Source of the DNA: a virus
Taxonomy: Duplodnaviria > Caudoviricetes
Length of the DNA: 64,000 nt
Direction: 5' to 3' (one strand)
Virus record (IMG/VR): IMGVR_UViG_3300017911_001939
Coordinates: 32,001 to 96,000 of that record
The first letter of the stretch is position 1; each line of letters begins with the position of its first letter. This document shows positions 9,474 to 20,085 of this stretch, in pieces. The position numbers were made by a program, and so were the translations under genes. The notes under the pieces are model-generated. The model was given only the letters and a program-made list of their open reading frames with translations. It was not told where the DNA came from and searched no databases.

Positions 9474-10498
9474 TGCCTAAACATTTTACATCCAACGGAA
9501 GACGAGATCTAGTACTTACCACGTCCAAAACTGGTGAAGTATTACCTCAATATTATGAAAATGATAATTCTAAACTTATCAAATTACTTGATGAGTATTA
9601 TGATTTTTTGGATTCCGATGGATCTCAGGCATTTTCCGATACAATTAAAGAGATTGTATATGCTCGTGATACTGCCGAAACGAAGACAGAATTTCTTGAC
9701 GAATTAGTAAAAGAAATCGGTGATGGATTGCAGGTTTCTACATTCTTCCATCAACCAAGACTTATGGCTAAATTACTTGGTGGATTCTATAGATCAAAAG
9801 GTTCTATTGTATCGGCCGAAGGTTTCTTCCGCGGATTCTTTAATGAAGAAGTTACGGTCGAATATCCGAAGAAAGACATCTTTACGGTTGGCGAATCTCA
9901 AATTGGATTTGATTCGCAAAAGTTTATTCAGAATAACGGGATCTATCAGATTTTTTCTGTATTGCTTAAAGTTGGTATTTCTACACAAGACTACGAAACA
10001 CTTTATAAAAAGTTTGTACATCCTGCAGGATTTCACTTTGCTGGTGAGGTTACATCTGTTGAAGAAGGTGCGTTAACACTTTCAGGTCAAGGTCTAAATC
10101 CTCTCGATTCAGCAGCTGGTATTTCTACTCTTGCGTCTGAAGCAAATGTTATCTTCTCTACACCGTTCAGCGAACTTACCGCGTTCCTCGATTCTGGCGC
10201 AGATGAAGAAAGATATCGTGTTACTGTCGATCAACCAGTATCCGACTTCCAGGCTCTTACAGCAAATGAGATCTCGAAATTCTACCCAACGATTACAGCT
10301 CTTGTCGATCCAAACTCTTTCACATTCGACGACAGCGATACAACTGGCCGTCCAGACTTCTCACTGGCTGCCGAAACTATGGACAACGATCTCTACAGAA
10401 GAGATTTACCAACATTAACTCGATTCTTTATGTCTAACACTAATATCACATTCGATGATATCACAGAGACATTTGATGATGGTGGTGCTGGAAACTAG
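9473..10498 (+). CDS. gp7: baseplate wedge initiator (short gp7-like)
   Basis: LPQYY, YYDFL, FYRSKGS..FFR, KKFVHPAGF motifs; follows gp6. Confidence 0.75.
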   Translation: MPKHFTSNGRRDLVLTTSKTGEVLPQYYENDNSKLIKLLDEYYDFLDSDGSQAFSDTIKEIVYARDTAETKTEFLDELVKEIGDGLQVSTFFHQPRLMAKLLGGFYRSKGSIVSAEGFFRGFFNEEVTVEYPKKDIFTVGESQIGFDSQKFIQNNGIYQIFSVLLKVGISTQDYETLYKKFVHPAGFHFAGEVTSVEEGALTLSGQGLNPLDSAAGISTLASEANVIFSTPFSELTAFLDSGADEERYRVTVDQPVSDFQALTANEISKFYPTITALVDPNSFTFDDSDTTGRPDFSLAAETMDNDLYRRDLPTLTRFFMSNTNITFDDITETFDDGGAGN

Positions 10499-10499
10499 A

Positions 10500-10507
10500 T
10501 ATAAATA
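10500..10507 (+). promoter_or_regulatory. late promoter
   Basis: Intergenic TATAAATA followed by GAGG SD. Confidence 0.85.
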
Positions 10508-10539
10508 AAGTAAACCTTATTTTACAGAGGAATTAAAAA

Positions 10540-11361
10540 ATGGCAAGACAAAACATTGGTGTCGGCGCCTCCGCCAATGATGGTACTGGTGATACACTGC
10601 GCAGTGCAGGTACTAAGATCAATGATACCTTCGTTGAAATTTACCGTATGCTGGGTGGCGGAGACTCTGATAACCTTTCATCCCAAATCTCACTTGAAGA
10701 TAGTGCAATTGTATTCGAAGGCGCTTCTATCGATGCATTTGAAACTCGTCTGACAGTAGTAGATGCTACAGCCGATAGACAAATTCAATTACCTGATGCA
10801 GCTGGTATTGTTACGCTTAATGATGCTACACAGACATTAAGTAATAAGACTATTCAGGCTCCACAAATTAATTCACCAAAAATTGGTGCTGCGATCAACG
10901 ATTCAAATGGTAGCGAGTTAATTAGCTTTACATCTAATTCAACTGCGATTAACCAAATCAATATTGCAAATGCGGCAACAACAAATGCTCCTGTTCTTTC
11001 AGTAATTGGTACTGATGCGAATATCAATATGACAGTGAATTCAAAAGGTACTGGTTCGGTTGAGATTCGTAAAGCAGCATACACATCTTCTGAGATTACT
11101 GCAAACGGTGCAGCTTCTGCTAACGCTACTTACATCATCTGTAATAAAGCGACAGCATTGGCAATCTCTCTCGCTGATGGTACAACAACGGGTGAATACA
11201 AAATCTTTACGAACAAAGGTGCTGGTCTGGCAACAGTTACTCCTGCTAACTTCTCGGCTGGTTCATCTTTTGCAATCGCACAGAACGAAGCCGCTCAGTG
11301 TGTATGGGACGGAGCAAATTGGTTCCTTATCGGTAACCAAAGCGTCTGTACGGTAGTATAA
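10540..11361 (+). CDS. baseplate wedge/tail-fibre connector (gp9/gp10-type N-terminus)
   Basis: MARQNIGVGASANDGTGDTLRSAGTKINDTFVEIY N-terminal motif. Confidence 0.7.
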   Translation: MARQNIGVGASANDGTGDTLRSAGTKINDTFVEIYRMLGGGDSDNLSSQISLEDSAIVFEGASIDAFETRLTVVDATADRQIQLPDAAGIVTLNDATQTLSNKTIQAPQINSPKIGAAINDSNGSELISFTSNSTAINQINIANAATTNAPVLSVIGTDANINMTVNSKGTGSVEIRKAAYTSSEITANGAASANATYIICNKATALAISLADGTTTGEYKIFTNKGAGLATVTPANFSAGSSFAIAQNEAAQCVWDGANWFLIGNQSVCTVV

Positions 11362-11371
11362 GAGGTAAGTC

Positions 11372-12739
11372 ATGGTAGCAATTGTAACTGATCCACTGAA
11401 ACTAAAGTTCGCTGAATTTATTTTCAACGAAGCGACAAGCACTTCTGACAGTCATGAGTATTATATCGGTATCGGTAAGGCTGATACCTATGATAGCTCG
11501 GATACTGTTGCTACACCTGTTCGCACACTTCAAGAAGAAAGAGAAGCACGTAATAACCTACAATCTGTAAAGAAAGTAACTGGTACATCGTTCGTTATTC
11601 CACGATATAACTGGTCATCTGGTTCTACGTATTCTCCATGGCAAGATAATCAAACAGGTATTCCATCAAATACTTACTATGTAATGACAGAAGATAACGA
11701 AGTTTATATCTGTTTACAACAAGGTAAGTCTGCAACTGGTACATCGAATGCTTCTACTGTAAAGCCATCGTATACTGATGCTGGTGTGGCAGAAACGCAA
11801 GCCTTTGAAACATCTGATGGTTATCGCTGGAAGTTAATGTATGCGCTATCTGCATCGAGAGCAAATACATTCCTTTCTTCTGGTTTTATTCCATGTCAAA
11901 ATGTAACAATTGATTCTGGTTCGGCTAACGCATTTGAATTACAGCAGTTAAATATTCAAAACACCTCATTGCCTGGTGCAATTCTTGGTGTAGAAATTGT
12001 AGATGCTGGTACAGGTTATACATCTGCTCCTACTATTACATTCAAAGGCAACGGATCCGGTGCGACAGCAACTGCCACAATTTCTGGTGGTGCTATTGTA
12101 AAGGTTGAGATGGATAACGAATCTGCAGGTATGGGTTCTGGTTATGATTATGCTTCGGCCACTGTAACTGGTAACGCATCACTTCGACCAATCCTTGCAC
12201 CTCAAAAAGGTATTGGTAACGACGCTCGAGCAGATCTTAAATCATCTTCGATTATGTTTAACATTAAGCCGTCTGGTACTGAGAACGATACGTTCAATAT
12301 TACTAACGACTTTAGACAAATCTTATTGCTAAGAAATCTTGACGAAATGGATAGTGCACAAGATGGCAACCGCTATACAGGTACATCATCTAAAGCACAA
12401 AGATTCTTAACAATTACTGGTACAGTATCGGCATCAAACTTTGTTGTCGATGAAAAAATTACAGGCGGCACATCAGGTGTAACAGCGTTTGTTGACGAAC
12501 TCGATTCAAACTCTGGTAACAAGATTTTCTTCCATCAAAACAGCAATAATATTGCTGGTAACTTTACTGATGGAGAAACAATCACGGGTTCTGGTTCTGG
12601 TTCAGCAACTGTAGATAGTGGTGATAAACACACTGCGGTCGATAATCACTCTGGTGAAGTCTTATACATAGAGAACAGAGCACGTGTTATCCGCTCGAAC
12701 ACACAAACTGAAGATATTAAAGTAATTATTACGGTGTAA
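11372..12739 (+). CDS. gp8: baseplate wedge subunit
   Basis: VIPRYNWSSG..Y, YYVMT..VYICL, DGYRWKLMY, NDFRQI, SGEVLYIENR..QTEDIKVII. Confidence 0.9.
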   Translation: MVAIVTDPLKLKFAEFIFNEATSTSDSHEYYIGIGKADTYDSSDTVATPVRTLQEEREARNNLQSVKKVTGTSFVIPRYNWSSGSTYSPWQDNQTGIPSNTYYVMTEDNEVYICLQQGKSATGTSNASTVKPSYTDAGVAETQAFETSDGYRWKLMYALSASRANTFLSSGFIPCQNVTIDSGSANAFELQQLNIQNTSLPGAILGVEIVDAGTGYTSAPTITFKGNGSGATATATISGGAIVKVEMDNESAGMGSGYDYASATVTGNASLRPILAPQKGIGNDARADLKSSSIMFNIKPSGTENDTFNITNDFRQILLLRNLDEMDSAQDGNRYTGTSSKAQRFLTITGTVSASNFVVDEKITGGTSGVTAFVDELDSNSGNKIFFHQNSNNIAGNFTDGETITGSGSGSATVDSGDKHTAVDNHSGEVLYIENRARVIRSNTQTEDIKVIITV

Positions 12740-12742
12740 AGA

Positions 12743-15700
12743 ATGGCAACAACACTTACCAATACTACGTTCTCCACTACCTATAAGGACGACTATAAAG
12801 ACTCCGATAATTTTCATCGGATTCTCTTTAATAGTGGTAAGGCGTTGCAAGCTCGCGAACTTACGCAGATGCAAACTATTATCCAAAACGAGATTCAACG
12901 TTTTGGTTCTAACATCTTCGTAGATGGCGGGGTTGTACAGCCTGGTGGCTTAACAGTTAACAACAAACTAGAATATATTAGACTTGCAGCTTCACAGCTG
13001 CCAGTAAATCTTGACGATATTATTGGTAAGACATTTACTGTAAAATCTCCTGACCCTGCACTAAGAGTAAAAGTTCTCAAAGCGGTTAGAGCAGATGGTT
13101 CTGATCCTGATACATTATATGTAGAATACGTATCTACTTCTGCTGGTACATCTTCATCTGCACCCGTTCGCGTAGGTGCATCTCAAGTTCTTGAGAATAC
13201 AGATCTTGGCTCATCATATGATATGACAATTGCATCATCGAATGCGGTTGGTCAAGGCACAGAAGTTTCTATCGCTAAAGGTAGTTTCTTTGTACAAGGT
13301 CACTTTGTATTCTGCGCCAAACAATCTATTTTCGCCGAAAAGTATTCTACAAATGCTAACAAAGATGTTGGCCTTAAAGTAGAAGAAGAAATCATTGGTG
13401 CAACAGATGATGATGGTCTATACGATAACCAAGGTGCAACTCCAAACTTAGCAGCTCCTGGTGCCGATCGTTATAGAATTAAGTTAACTCTTACAACTCG
13501 TGACGCAATCGATTCTACTGACAACTTTGTATATCTTGCAAAGGTAAGTTCTGGTAAAATCGTAGACGAATCACGTACAGATAATTCTTACAATGTTCTT
13601 AACGATGTATTAGCATTGAGAACAAAAGAAGAATCTGGTAACTATATCGTTAAGCCGTTTAATGCACAGTTTAACTCAAAGAATGATTCGAATCTTGAGC
13701 TTGAAATTAGTGATGGTATTGTATATGTAGATGGTTATCGTTTGAATGCAGACGGTAAGAAAATCAACGTACCAAAAGCACAAGATACAATTACAATTAA
13801 TAATGAAACGATTGTTGTCCAGTATGGTAACTATATCATGGGCAGCAACAGCACATCTAAAGGTTTGCCTGAAATTGACACATTGGCAAAACTAACACTA
13901 AGATCTGCAGCTACATTCGGTGGCGATGATCTTGGCACATGTCGCTGTCGTTTCGTCGAAGAAGATAATAGTGGTGATTCTCGCTTCTATCTCTTTGACA
14001 TCCAAATGAGACCTGGCAAAAACTTCAGCTCAGTTCGTTCTTTCGGTACTAGCACATCTGACTATATCGATGTCGTACTCGAAGGTGGTGTTGCCGTATT
14101 GAAAAATACTGGCAATAACGATCTACTGATGCCTCTGCCGAGAACACGTCCTACGAATACTGGTATTACGCATGATACTATTACTTTCTTGAAGAAGTAT
14201 TCGATGACGACTAACACAAGCGGTAACTCTACTGCTAATATCGCGGCTGGCGCTGGTCTCACATTTACGAATCTAAACGCATGGATTGCTGCGGCTGATG
14301 ATAGTGCCATTGACGGTTCTATTAATCTACAGCTCGATGGTACACAAGAAAACTTCTTCGTTAACGATGGTTCTGGTGTAGCAAGTAAGACATACGAAGT
14401 ATTGGCATACGTAACTAAAGGTTCTCCATCAAAGAGAACAAAGTCACTTAACAATACAACAATTACTAAAGCATGGCCTGGTGATGTAGAATCCGATGGT
14501 ACAGGTGCAGGCATTGAATTCCTTGCACTCGATAAGGCTGATATTTTTGAAGTCGAAGCAATTAAGATTGAAGACTCTGATGGTGCCGATATCACGACTA
14601 ACTTCAACATCGATAACGGTCAAAGAGATAACTACTATGGCATTGGTCGTATTGTCAAGAAAGCTGGCTCTACGATTCCAACTGGTGACATCTTTGTAAG
14701 ATACAAGTACTTTACACACGGCAATGGTGATTTCTTCGATATCACTTCATATCCTACTGCTTCAGTACCATACGACAAAGTTCCATCACATACACAAAAT
14801 GACGGTACAGTTGTATCGCTGAGAGATGTGATTGATTTCAGACCAGTTGCTGTACGAGATGCAGACAATGCTGATTCATCTATCTTATCATTTAACTTTG
14901 ATTCAAACGGTGCTGGTGGTAATCCAATTATTCAGTCTCTGCCTCAGTCAACTGACACATTTACGGCAGACATCGTATATTATATGCCAAGAGCCGATCG
15001 CCTTGTAGCTACGTTCCTCAACGAGAAAGGTGAACGCCTTCCGCGCGGTCAGGTTAAAGTAGTACAAGGTGTATCTTCTCTTGATCCTCAGCTTCCTGCT
15101 ATTCCGACAGGATCGATGCCGCTTTACAATATGAACCTGAATCCATTCACGTTGAATGAGTCAGATTTGACAACAGCATTTATTCCTGCCAAGAGATTTA
15201 CGATGGCAGATATTGCTGAGTTAGAACAGCGTATCGATACATTACAAGAATTGACCACACTGTCACTGCTTGAGGTTGATACTTCTAACCTTACAGTTCT
15301 TGACTCTGCTGGTAACGAAAGAACAAAAGCTGGTTTCTTAGTTGATAACTTTAAAGACTTTGCATTCTCTGCTGTTGGTCGTGATGAGTATCGTGCAGGT
15401 GTTGATGAGCTTGCGGGTTTACTTGAGCCATTACAAGAAGCACACAATACTCGCCTTATCTTCGATTCTGCAGATGCAAACTCTACTGTAATTCGTAAAG
15501 GTGATAACTTATATCTGCCTATCGATTCAGATGTTATGATGATCAATCAGGCTCTTGCAACAGAAACTGAGAATATTAACCCATTCGCAGTGATTGTTTC
15601 TCAAGGTCATATGGAATTATCTCCTTCTTCTGACGAATGGGTAGAAACTCGCTATGCACCTGATAACATTGTACAAGGTGAAACAGTAACAGAAAGATTG

Positions 15701-17845
15701 GCTACACGTAGAATTGCTCGTATTCGCCAAAGACTTTCTGCATTCCGTGATCGCTGGATTGGTAACCCAACTGGTTCTCGAGTCCTTGTTCGTGGTGATG
15801 TAAGATCTCGCCGTGAAACAATTGCTGATCGCGTTATCGATGTATCGTTTATCCCATTCATGAGAGCACGTAAGATCTTCTTCCGTGTACAAGGTTTGCG
15901 TAGAGATACTAAGCACTTCCTCTTCTTTGGTGGTCAAGATATTTCAGATTATGCAAGAGAAGAAACAGTATTCGAAAGATTCGCTGCTCGCTCTGATAAT
16001 CCTGGCAGCATCTTTACAAATCATACTGCACACCCAAATGGTACTTCGGCTCTGACATCAGATTCTGCAGGTAAGTTAGTTGGTTCATTTATTATTCCAT
16101 CTAACAATGCTCTGAAGTTTAGAACAGGTGCACAAAGAGTTGAGCTGATGGATGTCACATCTGGTAATGCAGACGATGCTATCTCTAAAGCACAGACAAC
16201 ATTCCAATCAACTGGTATTCTAAACACTCGTCAAAGAACAGTCAGAAATACAAGAATTGAGACTGAGTTCTTTGTACAAGAATATGATCCATTAGCACAA
16301 ACATTCCGTGTTGATGCACAAGAAGATCCAAACGGTATCTACATTACAAAGTGTGATATTTTCTTCTCTACAAAAGAAGATAATTTTGGTGTTCCTGTAC
16401 AAATGCAAATCAGACCAGTTGAAAATGGTATTCCAACGTCTGCTCCGATTCCAGGTGCTGTTAAGTTCTTGAATCCACAAGATGTTAATATTCCATCTAA
16501 CTTAAATAGCTTGTCTACTATTCAGGCAACGCCAACAACATTTGAGTTTGATGAGCCTGTATATCTTGAGCCACAAAGAGATTATGCGATTGTTCTCCTT
16601 GCAGATACAACTGCATATAACGTGCATGTCGCTAAGACTTATGACTTCCTGATTGGTTCTACTGAACAGCGTGTTACTAAACAGCCAACGCTTGGTTCGA
16701 TGTTTATCTCTCAGAATGGTATTACTTGGACGCCTGATCAAGAACGTGATCTGATGTTCAGATTATATAGAGCACAGTTCGCTACTTCTGGTAAAGCTAT
16801 CCTTAATAACTCTGAGACAGAAAAACGTCTACTTGAGAATAATCCGCTTCTAACAGATTCTGCAGATCCTAGCAAGCTTCGTGTATTCCATGAAGGTCAT
16901 GGTTTTGCTAAGAACGATTATGTTACAATTAGTGGACTTGACTCAAGCACAACATATGCAGGTGTTATCGGTACAGACATTATGGGTTCAAGACAGATTA
17001 CCTCTGTCGACCATACTGGTTATACATTTACTATGGATTCATCTGCAAATGCAGCATTAAGACTTGGTGGTAACGGTGTCATCGCAACGCAAAATGCTAT
17101 GTATGATGCCTTTGTTCCTCAAATTCAAATCTTACAGCCTGATGATACAACTATCTCTGCTAAGATTAAACAAACTGAAGGATCTTCGTTTGGTAATCAA
17201 AGAAATACTGTATTCTCTCAAGCTGGTAAGCAATCTACATATACAGATATTACACTAAATGAATTTAACTTCAATGAGACACCTAAAGTTATCTTTAGCG
17301 ATTCAAACGAAACAGCAAATATTTCAAGTGCAAAATCTATGACAATGGAAATTACGCTTGGCACATCTGATAATAAGGTTTCACCAATTATCGATTTGCA
17401 ACGTGCGTCGATTGCATCGTTTGAAAATACGATTGATAGTGGTGGTTCTCATGCTATCACAACGATTGGTGAAACTGATCCTACTGAAGGTACCGCGGCT
17501 GCTAAGCATATCACAAAAGCAGTTACGCTTGAAGAGCCTGCGGTTGGTTTGAAGATCTTGTTTGCAGCTAACAGACCAGCTGCTGCAGGATTTAAGGTGT
17601 TTATTAAGACTGCGACATCTGATGAAACCTTAGATGATGTTGCATATGTAGAAATCACCGAAGAAACAAACAATCCAGCGGACGAAAACAAAGATCGCTT
17701 TAGACAATACGAATATCTTGCTGGTGGACAAGTTGGTAACCTCAACTCATTCACTCAGTTCCAAGTTAAGCTCGTAATGACAAGTACTAATACTTCTAAG
17801 ATCCCAACAGTAAAAGATCTGAGAGTAATTGCATTGGTGACATAA
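12743..17845 (+). CDS. large virion structural protein (DUF4815/VrlC-like, baseplate-associated)
   Basis: YKDDY..FHRILF..ALQARELTQMQ, APGADR, GFLVDNF, DPLAQTF motifs typical of this family in marine T4-like phages. Confidence 0.8.
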   Translation: MATTLTNTTFSTTYKDDYKDSDNFHRILFNSGKALQARELTQMQTIIQNEIQRFGSNIFVDGGVVQPGGLTVNNKLEYIRLAASQLPVNLDDIIGKTFTVKSPDPALRVKVLKAVRADGSDPDTLYVEYVSTSAGTSSSAPVRVGASQVLENTDLGSSYDMTIASSNAVGQGTEVSIAKGSFFVQGHFVFCAKQSIFAEKYSTNANKDVGLKVEEEIIGATDDDGLYDNQGATPNLAAPGADRYRIKLTLTTRDAIDSTDNFVYLAKVSSGKIVDESRTDNSYNVLNDVLALRTKEESGNYIVKPFNAQFNSKNDSNLELEISDGIVYVDGYRLNADGKKINVPKAQDTITINNETIVVQYGNYIMGSNSTSKGLPEIDTLAKLTLRSAATFGGDDLGTCRCRFVEEDNSGDSRFYLFDIQMRPGKNFSSVRSFGTSTSDYIDVVLEGGVAVLKNTGNNDLLMPLPRTRPTNTGITHDTITFLKKYSMTTNTSGNSTANIAAGAGLTFTNLNAWIAAADDSAIDGSINLQLDGTQENFFVNDGSGVASKTYEVLAYVTKGSPSKRTKSLNNTTITKAWPGDVESDGTGAGIEFLALDKADIFEVEAIKIEDSDGADITTNFNIDNGQRDNYYGIGRIVKKAGSTIPTGDIFVRYKYFTHGNGDFFDITSYPTASVPYDKVPSHTQNDGTVVSLRDVIDFRPVAVRDADNADSSILSFNFDSNGAGGNPIIQSLPQSTDTFTADIVYYMPRADRLVATFLNEKGERLPRGQVKVVQGVSSLDPQLPAIPTGSMPLYNMNLNPFTLNESDLTTAFIPAKRFTMADIAELEQRIDTLQELTTLSLLEVDTSNLTVLDSAGNERTKAGFLVDNFKDFAFSAVGRDEYRAGVDELAGLLEPLQEAHNTRLIFDSADANSTVIRKGDNLYLPIDSDVMMINQALATETENINPFAVIVSQGHMELSPSSDEWVETRYAPDNIVQGETVTERLATRRIARIRQRLSAFRDRWIGNPTGSRVLVRGDVRSRRETIADRVIDVSFIPFMRARKIFFRVQGLRRDTKHFLFFGGQDISDYAREETVFERFAARSDNPGSIFTNHTAHPNGTSALTSDSAGKLVGSFIIPSNNALKFRTGAQRVELMDVTSGNADDAISKAQTTFQSTGILNTRQRTVRNTRIETEFFVQEYDPLAQTFRVDAQEDPNGIYITKCDIFFSTKEDNFGVPVQMQIRPVENGIPTSAPIPGAVKFLNPQDVNIPSNLNSLSTIQATPTTFEFDEPVYLEPQRDYAIVLLADTTAYNVHVAKTYDFLIGSTEQRVTKQPTLGSMFISQNGITWTPDQERDLMFRLYRAQFATSGKAILNNSETEKRLLENNPLLTDSADPSKLRVFHEGHGFAKNDYVTISGLDSSTTYAGVIGTDIMGSRQITSVDHTGYTFTMDSSANAALRLGGNGVIATQNAMYDAFVPQIQILQPDDTTISAKIKQTEGSSFGNQRNTVFSQAGKQSTYTDITLNEFNFNETPKVIFSDSNETANISSAKSMTMEITLGTSDNKVSPIIDLQRASIASFENTIDSGGSHAITTIGETDPTEGTAAAKHITKAVTLEEPAVGLKILFAANRPAAAGFKVFIKTATSDETLDDVAYVEITEETNNPADENKDRFRQYEYLAGGQVGNLNSFTQFQVKLVMTSTNTSKIPTVKDLRVIALVT

Positions 17846-18069
17846 TGGATAAATACATAAATGTAGAAGGAAAAGCTGGTTTAGTAAGAAGTAAAGCTTC
17901 AGGCGCAATCATCAATGTGAATAGCAATGAGATGTCTCAAGCCAGACATAGAAAAAAAATCTGGAAAGATCAACAAGAAGAATTGCAAACTTTAAAAAAT
18001 GATGTAGCCGTGATGAAGGATTTGCTCTTACAACTAGTAGAGGAAAAGAATGGCCGTAACAACAATTAA
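17845..18069 (+). CDS. small conserved coiled-coil protein
   Basis: VEG..GLVR...SGAIIN motif plus coiled-coil C-terminus; commonly follows the large structural gene. Confidence 0.7.
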   Translation: MDKYINVEGKAGLVRSKASGAIINVNSNEMSQARHRKKIWKDQQEELQTLKNDVAVMKDLLLQLVEEKNGRNNN

Positions 18070-18580
18070 TCTGTCGGATCCAGTTTCTACCTGGGTTAAC
18101 AAGACTAATACAATCGCCACTAATGTTGGTGATTTGGCTACGCTATCGACATCCGATACAGCGAGTCTTGTTGCTGCCATTAACGAAATTAATGGTCTGA
18201 TAAATACAAATTTAAATGACTCAAACGAAATTAAAGGGATGTTCGTATCATCTACTTCTATTGAGTTTGATTCATCTGCCGGATCATTTAGCATTATTGA
18301 TTCAGCAGTTACTGGGGCAATGATAGATAATGATGCAATTGTAGAAAGGCATATTGCTGCAGCTTCAATTGTAAATAGTCATCTTTCACCTGGTGCGGTT
18401 GACACATTAGCACTTGCTGATGGAAATGTAACGAATGCTAAATTAGCTGATTCCTCTATCGGCTTCTCAAAAATTCAAGCTGGCGCAATTAAGTCAGTGA
18501 ATTTTGTTAATACAACTACGCTGTTGATTAAAGATTCTGCAGCTACAACATTGAAAACATTATATAGTCCTGGAAGTTAA
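18050..18580 (+). CDS. fibritin/whisker-like structural protein
   Basis: W..KTN, SLVAAINE motifs; repeated VT.AK(L/I)AD units. Confidence 0.55.
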   Translation: MAVTTINLSDPVSTWVNKTNTIATNVGDLATLSTSDTASLVAAINEINGLINTNLNDSNEIKGMFVSSTSIEFDSSAGSFSIIDSAVTGAMIDNDAIVERHIAAASIVNSHLSPGAVDTLALADGNVTNAKLADSSIGFSKIQAGAIKSVNFVNTTTLLIKDSAATTLKTLYSPGS

Positions 18581-18582
18581 TT

Positions 18583-19539
18583 ATGGCAGTTAGAAATCCT
18601 CTTTATTATTCGTCTGGTGATTTGCAAAAAATGACTGGTGCACAGATTAGTGCTATGATTGATATGGTAATCTATCAATATGGTTCTGATCCATCCGTTA
18701 CACTTACACAAGTTGGCAGTTCTGGTAATCTTGATGCAATGAGTGATACTCGTTTGCAAGCTGGTTCATATATTACTCGCGTAGATAGATATGCGACTGA
18801 AGCTGAAACAGCAGAACCATCAACGGTAACAGTAAGTTATGATCGTATCAATCAAACAAATGCAACCGTAGCACAACTTACATCTGGCGATACAGTTTCA
18901 GGTGCAGGCGAAGGTTCATTTCCATTCTACTATGATGGTGATGATCTAAGAACAATGACGCATACAGATATGCTTGACACGTTTATTCGTCCTGCTATCA
19001 CAAAGCTTACAACTGGTTCAACTGGTACAGATCAAGCTGGTACGTATAGAATTCACACGGCAACATCACTATCAGGCAATACACTAATTAGTTCAACGCC
19101 TGTCTTTATTGATACTCGTGCTAACACGGGTGCATATACGGCTGGTGGTATTCCTGAAACTCTTGATCAGCCTACGACTATTTCTAATTTCTATTTGATG
19201 AGAATTAATCAGGCATCTTCTGCACCAACCGTTGTAAATATGCTAAGACAGACATCGTCGAATGACTTGCAAGAATATACCGATACAGAACAAAACAATA
19301 TGCTTAAGAACATGGTTCGTTGGGCTGCTGTTAATGATACTGGTAATCGAATCCAATATCGTGTTGCTACATCTGGTACAGGAAATGCTCGTGGATCTGG
19401 TATGACAGATACAAAACTAAATGGTTCAGGTAACTATCAAACGCGCTTCGTTAATGCGAACGACTATCGTGCACAGGAATTTCCGAATGGTTCGGCTGTG
19501 ACGCAGAATACATATTATTTAAGAATCTATACAAACTAA
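18583..19539 (+). CDS. hypothetical virion protein with three internal repeats
   Basis: Long S/T/G-rich ORF; repeated DL(Q/R).(M/Y)T and DT(R/K) units. Confidence 0.6.
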   Translation: MAVRNPLYYSSGDLQKMTGAQISAMIDMVIYQYGSDPSVTLTQVGSSGNLDAMSDTRLQAGSYITRVDRYATEAETAEPSTVTVSYDRINQTNATVAQLTSGDTVSGAGEGSFPFYYDGDDLRTMTHTDMLDTFIRPAITKLTTGSTGTDQAGTYRIHTATSLSGNTLISSTPVFIDTRANTGAYTAGGIPETLDQPTTISNFYLMRINQASSAPTVVNMLRQTSSNDLQEYTDTEQNNMLKNMVRWAAVNDTGNRIQYRVATSGTGNARGSGMTDTKLNGSGNYQTRFVNANDYRAQEFPNGSAVTQNTYYLRIYTN

Positions 19540-19551
19540 AGGAATTGAAGA

Positions 19552-20085
19552 ATGGCTTTTCACTGGGAAGAAGGAATTGAATACGCCCGTTATATTGATG
19601 AAGATCGTCAAAATATCGAGGTAATGCATATTATTGAAGACGATGAAAATATTCATGGTCGTTCAGCCAAATTGCATGTATTACCTGCTGATGATAACGA
19701 TGTGCAATTCAAAGCTTTACTCGAGCATTTCACATATGATGATATTATGGAAATGACATATAGCTATAATCAAAATGCAGAACGTGCATTCGAAGAGCAA
19801 GTTATAGCAATCGCCCAAAAATCTGGAGTACTAGCTACTCTAGATGTTGACGTTGTTTCTTATGAATATGTCGATAAGCTTATCGATATTCTCTTCTTAG
19901 AAAAAGGTATTAAAGATAAAGAACTAAAAGAACTTATCTTTAAAACCAAACTTAGATTATTTGAAACTGATTTGGTTAAAAATAATAATAATAAAGAACT
20001 TAAAAGTTCATTACGCAAATCATCGTCACTAAAAGATATTTTTTATATTATGATGCAGATTGAGGAAGATACTCCTCAAACCTAG
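19552..20085 (+). CDS. hypothetical protein
   Basis: ORF with AAGGA SD; no motif recognised. Confidence 0.6.
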   Translation: MAFHWEEGIEYARYIDEDRQNIEVMHIIEDDENIHGRSAKLHVLPADDNDVQFKALLEHFTYDDIMEMTYSYNQNAERAFEEQVIAIAQKSGVLATLDVDVVSYEYVDKLIDILFLEKGIKDKELKELIFKTKLRLFETDLVKNNNNKELKSSLRKSSSLKDIFYIMMQIEEDTPQT

